Shown: positions 17,470-27,925, numbered from the whole stretch's first letter. The stretch: DNA of 60,911 nucleotides, filler included, from 7 parts of 7 records of this genome joined end to end with filler, not necessarily neighbours in it; one strand, 5' to 3'. The notes: generated by a model not told the origin, from the sequence alone. Translations and numbers: made by a program.

Positions 17470-18745
17470 TTAATATTCTACGGTCGTGCTGAACTTCTTA
17501 GCTACATCCAAATAACCTTCTGCCTTTTCTTCGTCGTACTTTTTATAAGCGCGATAGGCTAGATAGTAACCTTGAGCGATGCGTGCCGAATCGATCTTAC
17601 TTAGATTGTATGCCTCACCATGCAGTTCGGGAATGAGCAATTCTCTGCCTTCGATCAATAGATCGGGTGTTCTTAGGGTCTCTACGTTTTTACGGTAGAT
17701 GTTCGGCCACAGAGCCGTACGTTTGTAGTAATGTTTAGATAAACCCCAAAGCGTGTTGCCCGGTTTGATGATATGGATCAGAGTCTGTTCCTCTTCAAGG
17801 GTTTTTGGCTTTTCATGCTCTTCATCAGGTTCATCGACATGTTCTTTTTTCTCAAGAATGGGCTCGACATGTTTTTCCGGAACGTCCACCGTAGCTTCAG
17901 CAGAGGTGGATTCGGGTTTTTCTGACTTGACTGCACCTTCGGGCAGAGGAGCTTCTACAAAGACTTCCTCGGCTTTTACGGCCTGTACAGGTTCTTTTTC
18001 CGGTTTAGGTTCAACTTTTGTCACTATTTCAAGCTCGACATCAGCTTTAATTTCTGTATCGACTGTAGTTGTTTCAACGATCGTTGGTTGTTTCGGAATT
18101 GTATCTTTGCCCCATTTCCAATCTTTCCAGAATGCAAGATCTTCCATGGAATCGAATTTGGTTGGTACAATATAAAGCACAACAAAGATCAAAATGATCA
18201 ATAATAAAGGCAATAACCATCGCCATGCTGATTTTTTTCTTTTTTTCTTCAATAACGAAAGTTGGCATGATCTTTTTATCATCATCTTTTGGAGGTGGTG
18301 GGGGTGGGGGAGTTTTCTTCGGAGCCGGAGGGGGAGGAGGTGGTGGTGTTGGTTCACCAAAGACCCTTTGATCTTTATCAACCGGTTTTTCAATTATTAC
18401 AGGGGCAGGTTTTGGTGTTTCTTTTTTCTTGATCTTTTTAGTCTTCAATTTGGAGTATTTTGCATTAACTGTCTCGCGAAGCGCTTTCTCGGGTTTAAAA
18501 ACAACCTTTTTATGGGCTTCGATCAAGGTCGTCTGGCCCGTCTTTGGATTGACGGTTTCTCTTTCAGCTACTTCCTGCAGTTTGAAAATACCCAATCCTT
18601 TGATGTTGACATTTTCATCTCGTCTCAGACCTTCCTGGACAGTCGTGAAAACATCTTTGATAAAATCTTTGGTAAAGGCTTTGGTTCTGCCGGTCGTTGC
18701 GGAAAATTCGTCAACCATTTGCTGAAATGTGATCTTTATTGACAT
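17470..18745 (-). CDS. HU/IHF domain - Pro-rich linker - TM helix - LysM fusion; frameshift in A-runs near 18230-18248
   Basis: 18074-18745 encodes HU (VNIKGLGIFK, VNPKTG, FKPEKALR) and poly-Pro; 17470-18393 continues KKKSAWRWLLPLLLIILIFVV and LysM HIIKPGNTLWGLSKHYY...WPNIYRKN...PDLL. Confidence 0.8.
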
Positions 18746-18756
18746 GGATCCCGTCC

Positions 18757-19029
18757 TTATCTAAGGTCTTCTTTTAATTGTGCTGCCGGTGTAAAGGTCA
18801 AGAGAAGCTTCTTGGGCAAAAGAACATATTCCTTTGATGCCGGATTGAAAGATTGCCTAGCGCTTTTCTCTTTGATGTTGAACGATCCGAATTGCGGGAT
18901 CACTGCACCGGTCTCATTTTTAAAGTGTTTCTCCATGATCGAAGTGAGCGCTTCGTATAGGTCTTTACATTCTGCTTTGGAAATTTCTGATTTTTCAGAT
19001 ACGCTCTGGATCAATTCTGACGTGTTCAT
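18757..19029 (-). CDS. HU family DNA-binding protein
   Basis: MNTSELIQSVSEKS, IPQFGSF, FNPAS, FTPAAQLK; AGGAG RBS. Confidence 0.9.
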   Translation of the reverse strand: MNTSELIQSVSEKSEISKAECKDLYEALTSIMEKHFKNETGAVIPQFGSFNIKEKSARQSFNPASKEYVLLPKKLLLTFTPAAQLKEDLR

Positions 19030-19171
19030 AAACTCTCCTTAATGGAATTACTTTCAAAAATATTGGAATAAGCACTAAAATGCAAGGAAAACGATAGAAA
19101 AGACTAATAAACAAACATTTGCATAAATCTACTTTACTTAAAATGATATAAGAACAATAGAAATAGATTAC

Positions 19172-19213
19172 TCGACCATTCGACTAATCGATTGATCGAT
19201 TGATCGATTGATC
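19172..19213. repeat. Degenerate 8-bp tandem repeat (TCGATTGA)
   Basis: TCGACCAT TCGACTAA TCGATTGA TCGATTGA TCGATTGA TC in the divergent HU/rlmN intergenic region. Confidence 0.8.
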
Positions 19214-19268
19214 TTTTCCACGTAATTTTTATCTTGTATGTTTAATTTATTATATCAACATTACATTC

Positions 19269-20297
19269 ATGAACATGGGACTCAAAAACCTCGACTATGA
19301 AGAATTGCAGGAATGGGCTGTAACTAAAGGGCTAAAGCCTTTTGTGGGACGTCAGATCTTTGAATGGATCTACCAAAAGGGCGTTCATAGCACATCTGAA
19401 ATGGCTAATGTTTCTAAGCATGTAAGAGAACTGATCGATAAAGAAGGTTCTCTGCTTATGCTTGAACTTGAAAAGCATGAAATATCAGATAAAGATAGAT
19501 CGGAAAAATTCCTTTTCAGATGTTTTGACAATGAAGCGATCGAAACGGTGCTCTTAAGATCAGGTAGTCATTATACGCTTTGTATTTCCTCTGAGATCGG
19601 TTGTGCCATGGCTTGCACTTTTTGTAAAACCGGTGATATGGGACTGAAAAGAAAGCTCCAGACGGCTGAAATAGTAGAACAAGTTATTCAAGCAGCTAAG
19701 ATCTCGGATAAAAAGATTTCCAATATCGTTTTTATGGGCATGGGAGAGCCGTTCAATAATTTTGAAGCGGTGATCAAGGCTGCAAAGATCATTAATCATG
19801 ACAAGGGATTGAATATTGGTGCCCGACATATTACTTTGTCCACCTCCGGGATCGTTCCCAAGATCAGGGAATTCGCACATTTGCCATATCAGTTCAAGCT
19901 TGCCATCTCCTTGACGACCGCAAGAAATAGTCTGAGAAATGAATTGATGCCAATAAACAGACGATATCCTCTCGATGAATTATTGTCTGCAGCTAAATAT
20001 TACACAGTTGTGACAAATAAGCTCCTGACATTTGAATACGTATTGCTAAAGGGCGTAAATGATTCATCTAAAGATGCTCATGCGCTGATCGATAAGCTTA
20101 GCAGTATTCCCTGTAAACTTAATATCATTCCCTATAATGAAACTGACGGCCGTTTTGAACGTCCCGACGAAAAAGATATTAACCGTTTTGTTTCATATCT
20201 GGAAAACGTGTCCTTTACCGTTACATTGAGATATAGCGGAGGACGGGGGATCAAAGCTGCTTGCGGACAGCTTTATCATGAGGCCAGAAAAGCATGA
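19269..20297 (+). CDS. rlmN: Dual-specificity RNA methyltransferase RlmN
   Basis: Radical SAM motif CAMACTFC, MGMGEP, ITLSTSG, AACGQL. Confidence 0.96.
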   Translation: MNMGLKNLDYEELQEWAVTKGLKPFVGRQIFEWIYQKGVHSTSEMANVSKHVRELIDKEGSLLMLELEKHEISDKDRSEKFLFRCFDNEAIETVLLRSGSHYTLCISSEIGCAMACTFCKTGDMGLKRKLQTAEIVEQVIQAAKISDKKISNIVFMGMGEPFNNFEAVIKAAKIINHDKGLNIGARHITLSTSGIVPKIREFAHLPYQFKLAISLTTARNSLRNELMPINRRYPLDELLSAAKYYTVVTNKLLTFEYVLLKGVNDSSKDAHALIDKLSSIPCKLNIIPYNETDGRFERPDEKDINRFVSYLENVSFTVTLRYSGGRGIKAACGQLYHEARKA

Positions 20298-20923
20298 TGA
20301 TCGAACATTCGCAAAAACAGTCCCTGGATCTTGCTGTTAAAGCATTGAACGACGGAAGTATTTTTGTCTATCCCACGGATACTATTTATGGTTTCGGTGG
20401 CGATGCAAGGTCTCAGCAAGTTATTGATCAACTTTATGCAATAAAAGAGCGTCCCGAACAGATGCCGGTCAGCATGTTGGTGCGAGATATTGAAATGTTG
20501 AGTGAATATGCTTACATCTCAGAAAAAACCCAAAAGCTCATCGATAATTTCCTCCCGGGTGCATTAACACTGGTGCTTCCTGCAAAAGATATCGAATTAC
20601 CCGAAAAACTTTTCTCTGTGCAGGGATACTTGGGTTTCAGGATTCCTGACCATGACTTTTGTAAAAAGCTTACAGAAAAATTCGATGGACCGGTGATCAC
20701 GACATCGGTCAATATATCCGGCCAGCCGGCTTTAAATGTGATGTCAGATATTAAAAAGCAATTCGATGCTAAAGTCGATCTTATGATCTCTGATAAAGAT
20801 CTTGAGAATAAAACTCTGGCCAAAGGCAGTACCGTGATCATGATCACAAAAGATGATGAGCTAAAGATGCTTAGAGAAGGTGCTATTCCTGAAAAGGATA
20901 TTCGTCAAGTATTGGTAGATTAG
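20294..20923 (+). CDS. tsaC: L-threonylcarbamoyladenylate synthase (YrdC/Sua5 family)
   Basis: YPTDTIYG, KERP, PGALT, TTSVNISG, LREGAI. Confidence 0.92.
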   Translation: MMIEHSQKQSLDLAVKALNDGSIFVYPTDTIYGFGGDARSQQVIDQLYAIKERPEQMPVSMLVRDIEMLSEYAYISEKTQKLIDNFLPGALTLVLPAKDIELPEKLFSVQGYLGFRIPDHDFCKKLTEKFDGPVITTSVNISGQPALNVMSDIKKQFDAKVDLMISDKDLENKTLAKGSTVIMITKDDELKMLREGAIPEKDIRQVLVD

Positions 20924-20957
20924 ATCTTACAGACCCCAGACTCCAGACCCCCCAGTG

Positions 20958-21794
20958 TTACTCTTCAACAAAGGGTTGTGCTACAGAATTAAAGAAATCC
21001 TGCTCGGATGGAGCCAGTTTTCTAAATAATGGCAATAAGCTGGTATCCTGATAAACCTGAACAAAATATTCACAGTCTTTATAATGCTTGTCCATGAAGA
21101 AATTCAAGAATTTATTTTGTGAGTCCAGATTATATGCTTCATTTAAATAGTTCAAAGCTTCTTCCAGATAATACCATGCGTCCGTTCCTTGTCCATCATC
21201 GATTGCCCAGAAAGCCTGATTGTAAAGATATCTGGCTTTTCTGAGACGATAATCTCCGGTCAGCTTGTCAAAATCTTCTTTTCTCGGATTCCAACCGTTG
21301 GACCACTGTGATGAACTACCTCTTGAGTAGATCTCATTTGCCATATTGTAAAGGGAGTTGCCGCCCATATCTTCAATACCGTCCATCTCAGTTGCCATGA
21401 TCAAATAACCGTAATAATCGATCAGATCGCGAAGAGGATGGTAGATCATTTCGCGATATAGGTTTTCACCTTCGGCAAATTCAAAGCTCCAGGCATTGTC
21501 GATATATCGTTGATCAAATTCATTGGAGAAAAATCCATTGGCTGTAATGCTTTTCTTTGAACCGCTTTGACCAATTTGAGTAACGAACATATTGATCCTG
21601 AATGGTACGAACATTTCATATTGCTCATTGCTGAAACTATTGGAAGAAATATAGAGTTCTATCGTATTCTGCAATTGTTCAAGAATACGTTCTTCCTGTG
21701 CATTCAGGTTATTGCCCTCAATATTGATATTGGCGACAAAGGTCTGAGCAAAGGCTGCTGATGCTACTAGTAATATGATAAAAAATCGTTTCAT
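20958..21794 (-). CDS. Secreted protein, DUF4835 (PorD)-like
   Basis: Signal peptide ending AFA-Q; YIDNAWSFEF, DYYGYLIMATEMD...GGNSLY and GW motifs resemble DUF4835. Confidence 0.55.
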   Translation of the reverse strand: MKRFFIILLVASAAFAQTFVANINIEGNNLNAQEERILEQLQNTIELYISSNSFSNEQYEMFVPFRINMFVTQIGQSGSKKSITANGFFSNEFDQRYIDNAWSFEFAEGENLYREMIYHPLRDLIDYYGYLIMATEMDGIEDMGGNSLYNMANEIYSRGSSSQWSNGWNPRKEDFDKLTGDYRLRKARYLYNQAFWAIDDGQGTDAWYYLEEALNYLNEAYNLDSQNKFLNFFMDKHYKDCEYFVQVYQDTSLLPLFRKLAPSEQDFFNSVAQPFVEE

Positions 21795-21913
21795 TCTTTT
21801 TCCTGTAATTTTCGAGTAATCTACCGATTAATTATTAATAATTCAAGGCTTTACATTAGGGCGCAATTATAGTATTTTGTGCGCAATATTTAAAATGTAT
21901 TTGGAGTATTTAT

Positions 21914-24900
21914 ATGTCGCATAGATCTTTTTTTCGTTTACTGGTTCTTACGTTTACGGTCATGGCTGTTTTATCCGCGGCAGTGAACATTGTTCCCGTG
22001 GAAAACGCTTATTATTATACGGATGAACAATATTCCAAGATCTATTTTACAAATGGTCAAACAGATGAAGTGATCATTAATGCTCCCGGTTCGGGTCGAT
22101 TCTTTGCTCTTTCACCTGATGGTAAAACCATCGGATTTAAACATAGAGAATTACCGGGCGGACTTGAAGCTCCCGCCTTATATCATACAGAAAGTCGTGA
22201 AATTGAGCTCTTGCATGAACCCGTACATCTTTCCGGCCAGGTATCGTTTTCTCAAGATGGCAAGATCGCATATACTATCGATAATGATCTTTATGTAAAA
22301 GAGGGACAAAATTTATCAAGCTATGATCTTGGTGTATATGTTAATCTTGCCCCGATCTCTCCGGATGGAAATATGGTCGTTTTCAATGATGATAACGATC
22401 AATTATGGATCCTGGAATTGAATTCCGGGAGTAAAACTAAGATAACAAGCTCCGATTATGGAAATGTAATGCCGAACTGGTCTTCAGATAGCAGGTTTGT
22501 ATCCTATTCGGTTTTGGATGGAAGAGTAGAGATCTATGATGTTCAAAATAATTCAAAACGTTCTTTAGGCATGGCTGCCGGATTGAAATGGGATCATGAA
22601 GGATGTGATTTTTCTTATCTGAAGGTTGTTCCGGATGAGGAGGGTATGGATATTAAGACTGATGTCATAGTAGAAAACGCTGTTTCAGGTATGATCACAG
22701 AATCCCAAACCTCCAATGTGAATGAATCTGAAGTATTTTTTATGACTGATGGATCGGTGATGGCTCTGGCTGATGGTAAAATTCTATCAATTCATCAGAA
22801 TTCTCTTAAAAAGATCAATACAAGGAATTTGGAATTTCCCGTAGATCCCAAAACATACTCCTATAAAACACCCGCAGAAGATACTTATCTGGACGTTCCC
22901 TATGTTCACCAGGTCTATGATACACCCGGACAAAGAGGCTATTCTTCCTGTGCTCCCACAACCGCCGCCATGATCATGGGCTATTACGGTGTATTACCAA
23001 AATGGCCATTTCTTTCCGGATTTGGAAATTGGAGTGATTACGGTGCTTATGTTCATGAACGTTATTACTATCATGACAATTATTTTGATCTGACATATCG
23101 GGACTGTAACAGCAGTGAGTCATATTGCTATACTTGCTATGGAGGAATGGGATATATGTGGACCGGTGGTTCACCGAATTCAAGAATGGCGGGTTATTAT
23201 AATAAACATGGAATAACGACTAATCAAACATGGTATACCGATTGGAGCACTGTTTCATCTGAAATTGATAAAGAGCAACCATATTCGATATGCAATTTTC
23301 TTTCCGGTAGCGGTCATTTGATCGTTGGACTGGGTAGAGCTTCCAATGGACAACGAACAGTCATTGCCAATGATCCTTACGGTGATAGAAATCAAAGTAC
23401 TTGGCCTAATTATAATGGCGCAGTTGTGCGTTATGATTGGCCGGGTTATAATCATGGACATGCCAGCCTGAATTATGCAAATTCGAGCTATACGACCATG
23501 CCTTGGTGTATTGCAACAGATTACACTGCGCCGACACTTATTGATTCGATCGTTGACGATAAACAGTTCAATAACGGATTTTATATCAAAGCCGAAGGCA
23601 ATACGGTCCCGATGCGATATTATCGCAGTACGAAATCCGGTTACGGAGGCCACCACTGGTGGACCTTAACGGAAGAAACCGAGGAAGATATCTGTTATGT
23701 GACCTGGACTCCGCAAGTTGAGGACGGATACTATGAGCTTTATGCAGATATTCCAGCTAATGCAACAGCTACAAACGCATTGTATAGGATCAAGCATGCG
23801 GCAGGAGAGGCCAAAGTAACGATCGATCAATCCGCATACTCCGATTCCCTGGCATTTTTGGGCAAATACATGATGGTAAATGATGGCTCAAATTACATCT
23901 ATTTAGGTGATTCGACGGGAGTATCGGGCGAAAAGATCGCATTTGATGCCATGATATGGCAAAGGGCAGAACAGGAGGAATTGGACTTTATCTCGGATCA
24001 TCAAAATGGATGTCCGGATTATCCGGTCAATTTTCATGTGATCTCTTCTTTGCCTGAAGGAAATTATACATACAGTTGGGATTTTGGAGACGGTCAAACA
24101 GGGATGGGTGATACCGTCGCGCATGCCTATGCGGATACAGGTACCTATTCCATCACCCTGACTGCTGAATCTCAAGGAATAACGATCGATACGACTCGTT
24201 CTGACTATATCCGAATGCATCAAAATACTCCTCCGGGGATTGAGTTAGAACTCATTTATCCGGATAGTATGAGCATAATCAACACACGAACCCCTGTTTT
24301 GACCTGGAATGCTGACAGTGGAAGTGTATATCAGGTCCTTTTGGATAAAACACCTGAACTTGACATTGAATCGTCTCTTGGGCTTATGCAAGAAAGTTAT
24401 TACCGGATTACTGAAGAGCTTGAGGAAAACAAAATTTATTACTGGTTTGTGGGTGTATCAGGAGGAGCCCATTCAAGAATTTGGCCTTTCATAGTGAATG
24501 CACACAATTCTCTCCCATTGGCATTTGATCTGATAACACCGGCTCCCGATTTTGTTAGTGACACGCTAAGACCCTCATTTTCATGGGAACCGTCAAGAGA
24601 CAAAGATCCGGGTGACAGTATTTCATACAAACTATATATTGGTACGCATGAAGATTCCATGTTGTGCTATTATGAAGGAGCAGAAACGGAATATCAATTG
24701 ACCGAAAACCTTGTCGAAAATGAAACTTATCTTTGGTATGTTGATGCCGTTGATCTATCGCATGCAAGCACCCGATCAACTGATTTGTATAGAGAGATCG
24801 GCATCAATACAGTCAATGAAGCACCGCCCGCACCTGTGCAGATCGCTCCAAATCACAATTCTTATCAGACAACCCGCTATCCACATCTTGAATGGACAGC

Positions 24901-25399
24901 AGTTCAAGATCCAGATCCAGGTGATGAAGTGCGTTATGAAGTTTTCTACTGGTATACCGGGAACGATAAAGTATATAAGATCAATACGACGCAGACATTC
25001 CATAATGAACGGCGCTTTAACGATCTGAAAGAGTATTTTTGGACGGTTGCAGCAGTGGATCTGAGCGGTGAATATGCCTACAGTGATACTCAAACAATAT
25101 ATTTCGATACACAATTGGATATTGTAGATATTCCAGAGGAATTCTGTCTTTATGGAAATTATCCCAATCCATTTAATCCCACGACAACGATCTCTATCGG
25201 ATTGCCTGTTTCTGAAGAAGTACTTCTTACTGTTTATGATATTAACGGTAGATTGATCAAAACGCTGGCACAAGGGCAGTTTTCTGCGGGAAATCACCAC
25301 TTTGAATTTAATGCATCTGATATTCCCAGTGGAATTTACGTTTATAAATTTAAAGCCGGAGATTTTAGCTCCAGCTCTAAAATGTTATTATTGAAATAG
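21914..25399 (+). CDS. Secreted multidomain protein: TolB-like propeller, C39-like peptidase, golvesin-like, PKD, FN3-like repeats, C-terminal sorting (T9SS/FlgD-like) domain
   Basis: SPDG repeats; SCAPTTAAMIMGYY, GHLIVGLG, NDPYG; WTPQVEDGYYELYA; YSWDFGDG; NYPNPFNPTTTI...SGIYVYK...KMLLLK. Confidence 0.8.
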   Translation: MSHRSFFRLLVLTFTVMAVLSAAVNIVPVENAYYYTDEQYSKIYFTNGQTDEVIINAPGSGRFFALSPDGKTIGFKHRELPGGLEAPALYHTESREIELLHEPVHLSGQVSFSQDGKIAYTIDNDLYVKEGQNLSSYDLGVYVNLAPISPDGNMVVFNDDNDQLWILELNSGSKTKITSSDYGNVMPNWSSDSRFVSYSVLDGRVEIYDVQNNSKRSLGMAAGLKWDHEGCDFSYLKVVPDEEGMDIKTDVIVENAVSGMITESQTSNVNESEVFFMTDGSVMALADGKILSIHQNSLKKINTRNLEFPVDPKTYSYKTPAEDTYLDVPYVHQVYDTPGQRGYSSCAPTTAAMIMGYYGVLPKWPFLSGFGNWSDYGAYVHERYYYHDNYFDLTYRDCNSSESYCYTCYGGMGYMWTGGSPNSRMAGYYNKHGITTNQTWYTDWSTVSSEIDKEQPYSICNFLSGSGHLIVGLGRASNGQRTVIANDPYGDRNQSTWPNYNGAVVRYDWPGYNHGHASLNYANSSYTTMPWCIATDYTAPTLIDSIVDDKQFNNGFYIKAEGNTVPMRYYRSTKSGYGGHHWWTLTEETEEDICYVTWTPQVEDGYYELYADIPANATATNALYRIKHAAGEAKVTIDQSAYSDSLAFLGKYMMVNDGSNYIYLGDSTGVSGEKIAFDAMIWQRAEQEELDFISDHQNGCPDYPVNFHVISSLPEGNYTYSWDFGDGQTGMGDTVAHAYADTGTYSITLTAESQGITIDTTRSDYIRMHQNTPPGIELELIYPDSMSIINTRTPVLTWNADSGSVYQVLLDKTPELDIESSLGLMQESYYRITEELEENKIYYWFVGVSGGAHSRIWPFIVNAHNSLPLAFDLITPAPDFVSDTLRPSFSWEPSRDKDPGDSISYKLYIGTHEDSMLCYYEGAETEYQLTENLVENETYLWYVDAVDLSHASTRSTDLYREIGINTVNEAPPAPVQIAPNHNSYQTTRYPHLEWTAVQDPDPGDEVRYEVFYWYTGNDKVYKINTTQTFHNERRFNDLKEYFWTVAAVDLSGEYAYSDTQTIYFDTQLDIVDIPEEFCLYGNYPNPFNPTTTISIGLPVSEEVLLTVYDINGRLIKTLAQGQFSAGNHHFEFNASDIPSGIYVYKFKAGDFSSSSKMLLLK

Positions 25400-25402
25400 A
25401 TA

Positions 25403-25885
25403 TTATTTCGAGTAAATAAGACTGATACCCATAATAGGTTCAAGGCTGCCGCCCCAGGAACTCATGTCATAACCGATCATCATGACCATACCGCCTTGAG
25501 CCCCGATCCTGATATTATCGGTGATAGGATATGAAACATACATGCTCAGTCCGGGATTAATATAGAAATATCTGTCATCAAGATCTGATGTGTTATCGAA
25601 TAAACCCTGAAGAATACCGAAATTTAAACCAATATTCCAAGTGTCGTGTATTTCCATTGTTTGATACGATGCATAGGCACTGTAGCAATATTGTGATGAA
25701 GGTGCGATCACATTTACACCAAAGCCGGTTACGATATCAAGTTTATGGTTCACTTCGTACCTGATCCCCATTTTATAGCCGAGATACATATCCAGATCAG
25801 CTTGAATGCTGATTTCAGGTTCATCTGCAAGAGCTGGAGCTGCAAGAATAATGGTAAGTAGGATTAGTGTCAGTATCTTTTTCAT
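25403..25885 (-). CDS. Secreted hypothetical protein, possible small outer-membrane beta-barrel
   Basis: Signal peptide (ALA-D), Gly/aromatic amphipathic strands; GAGGA RBS. Confidence 0.6.
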   Translation of the reverse strand: MKKILTLILLTIILAAPALADEPEISIQADLDMYLGYKMGIRYEVNHKLDIVTGFGVNVIAPSSQYCYSAYASYQTMEIHDTWNIGLNFGILQGLFDNTSDLDDRYFYINPGLSMYVSYPITDNIRIGAQGGMVMMIGYDMSSWGGSLEPIMGISLIYSK

Positions 25886-25894
25886 GTTTTCCTC

Positions 25895-26302
25895 TTATTT
25901 GTCTTCTATAATTTTAATATGGACTTTTCTGTTTCTTGGACCGTCAAATTCACAAAAGTACACCGCTTGCCAAATCCCCAATAGAATTTGTCCATCTTCG
26001 TAGATCAAGGTCAAAGAAGGTGAGAAGAGCGATGATTTCATATGGCTATCGCTATTACCTTCCATGTGCCGATAGGCTACTTCATCTTTAGGGATCATAT
26101 CATTCAGTTTATATTTCAAGTCATGCTGTACATCAGGATCCGCATTTTCATTGATCGTGATAGCAGCGGTAGTATGGGTTGTAAATACAGTCATGATACC
26201 GCTCTTACATGAGTTTTGAGATAAAAGTTTCTGCAATTCGTGAGTTATATCAACGAATTCATTTCGTGATGAGGTTTTGATATTAAGTGAGGTCGTTTTC
26301 AT
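25895..26302 (-). CDS. yjbQ: YjbQ/UPF0047 family protein
   Basis: HTTAAITINEN, HMEGNSDSHMKS, LGIWQ...EFDGPR. Confidence 0.93.
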   Translation of the reverse strand: MKTTSLNIKTSSRNEFVDITHELQKLLSQNSCKSGIMTVFTTHTTAAITINENADPDVQHDLKYKLNDMIPKDEVAYRHMEGNSDSHMKSSLFSPSLTLIYEDGQILLGIWQAVYFCEFDGPRNRKVHIKIIEDK

Positions 26303-26366
26303 ATTAATTCCATTAATTGTTCGTAAAATAAAGAAACATAAATGAATATAAAAGTTAAATGATTTA

Positions 26367-26408
26367 TTAAGATTATCTTAAATTCGACTCGAATAATTCG
26401 ACTCGAAT
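26367..26408. promoter_or_regulatory. Palindrome plus tandem palindromic 14-mers (putative operator)
   Basis: TTAAGAT-T-ATCTTAA followed by AATTCGACTCGAAT x2, just upstream of an ATG (26413) at the contig end. Confidence 0.5.
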
Positions 26409-26426
26409 TTTCATGAAACAAAAAAA

Positions 26427-26526
26427 NNNNNNNNNNNNNNNNNNNNNNNNNNNNNNNNNNNNNNNNNNNNTTAATTAATTAANNNNNNNNNNNNNNNNNN
26501 NNNNNNNNNNNNNNNNNNNNNNNNNN
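26427..26526. other. Artificial contig spacer
   Basis: N/TTAATTAATTAA/N. Confidence 0.99.
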
Positions 26527-26796
26527 AAAAAAGTAATAGTAAAATTTTAAAACTAGTAATTTATAATATAATAATTGATTTTTTAGTACTTATATGACCG
26601 GATATTTCCACAATATTTCTATACGAGCATCCATATATTCTTTCAGCTTTTTGTTTTTATTTTATAATATTTCCTTAAATAAGATGTTATAATAAAAACA
26701 TGTTTCACTAATTTTAATGAAAATTAATGAAAATTAAAGCTGATTTTTTTTATTATATTGTAAATCATAATTTCATTAAATATAATATAGCTGTAA

Positions 26797-27837
26797 GTGG
26801 AGGTGTTTGAAACGGATAATTCTAAAAGAAAAGATGTTACCATGTCAGATGTAGCACAAGAAGCTGGTGTATCCGTTACCACTGTTTCTCATGTACTTAA
26901 CCATACAGCAACAATTTCGGAAGTTACGCAGGAAAGAGTACATTTAGCAATAGAAAAGCTTGGTTATCAACCAGCGCTTAGGCATATTGTGCCAAATAGC
27001 TCTAGCAGAGTGATTGGTGTTATGGCTCCAGAAATGACAAATGAGTTTTACTCAAGGTCTATACAGTCTATATGTAATGAGGGTTGGAAAAATGATTATA
27101 CCGTATTAGTATGCGGTATGCGTCATAACCATGATGCGGAACTTAGACATATTAAGACTTTAATATCAAAAAATATATCTGGGCTGATATTTTTGGGAGG
27201 TTTTTTAGAGCAAAAATACATTATGGATGCTGCTGAGTATATTCCTGTTGTGTTAGGCGACAGATATTTTCTCAATCATGCAGTGCCATCGGTAATTACG
27301 GATAATATTGGGGTTATGAGACGACTTGTTTCGAAACTGGCATCGGCGGGATATACTAAAATTGGCTATATATCTGAGGATTTTCAGATGAATAATGTAT
27401 CAGACCGATATATGGGATTCAAAACAGGAATTGAAGAAAATGGACTAAAATTTAACGAGAGTTTTGTTAGTATAGATAAAAAGCTGAGATTGAATAAAAC
27501 TACAAATGCTTATAACTTTATGAGCGAATGGATAAAGAGTGGAAAACAGATACCGGAAGTATTTGTTTGTTCAAGTGACTTGGTCGCAATTGGCATTATG
27601 AGTGCACTTAGAAAAGAAGAATTTAGAGTACCTGAAGATGTTGGAATTGTTGGATTTGACGATTGTGCATTTGCAGCACATGCTTATCCTCCGTTGACAA
27701 CAATAGCGCAGAATATGACATTGCTTGGAAAGACATGTTTTAATACCTTGATTAAGTCGATTAATGAAACAAGTCATGCTGGAAACCAGACGGTATTAAA
27801 GGCTAAAATTGTTGTTAGAGAATCTGTAAAATTATAA
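26797..27837 (+). CDS. LacI family transcriptional regulator
   Basis: VTMSDVAQEAGVSVTTVSHVLN HTH; VPEDVGIVGFDD, PPLTTI, VRES; exact start uncertain. Confidence 0.95.
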   Translation: MEVFETDNSKRKDVTMSDVAQEAGVSVTTVSHVLNHTATISEVTQERVHLAIEKLGYQPALRHIVPNSSSRVIGVMAPEMTNEFYSRSIQSICNEGWKNDYTVLVCGMRHNHDAELRHIKTLISKNISGLIFLGGFLEQKYIMDAAEYIPVVLGDRYFLNHAVPSVITDNIGVMRRLVSKLASAGYTKIGYISEDFQMNNVSDRYMGFKTGIEENGLKFNESFVSIDKKLRLNKTTNAYNFMSEWIKSGKQIPEVFVCSSDLVAIGIMSALRKEEFRVPEDVGIVGFDDCAFAAHAYPPLTTIAQNMTLLGKTCFNTLIKSINETSHAGNQTVLKAKIVVRESVKL

Positions 27838-27925
27838 TTAAAAGATTTCAAGTAATAGCTTGAAAATGGAAATATAATTTGGAGACAAATTGGCGTTAAA
27901 TATTTGGAAGTAGGAGGCATTAGAT

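Noticed and set aside
22080-25300. Short alternative-frame and antisense ORFs inside long genes (here and within the sulfatases, oxidoreductase and PKS)
   Set aside because: Shadow ORFs overlapping well-supported CDSs, with no recognisable motifs
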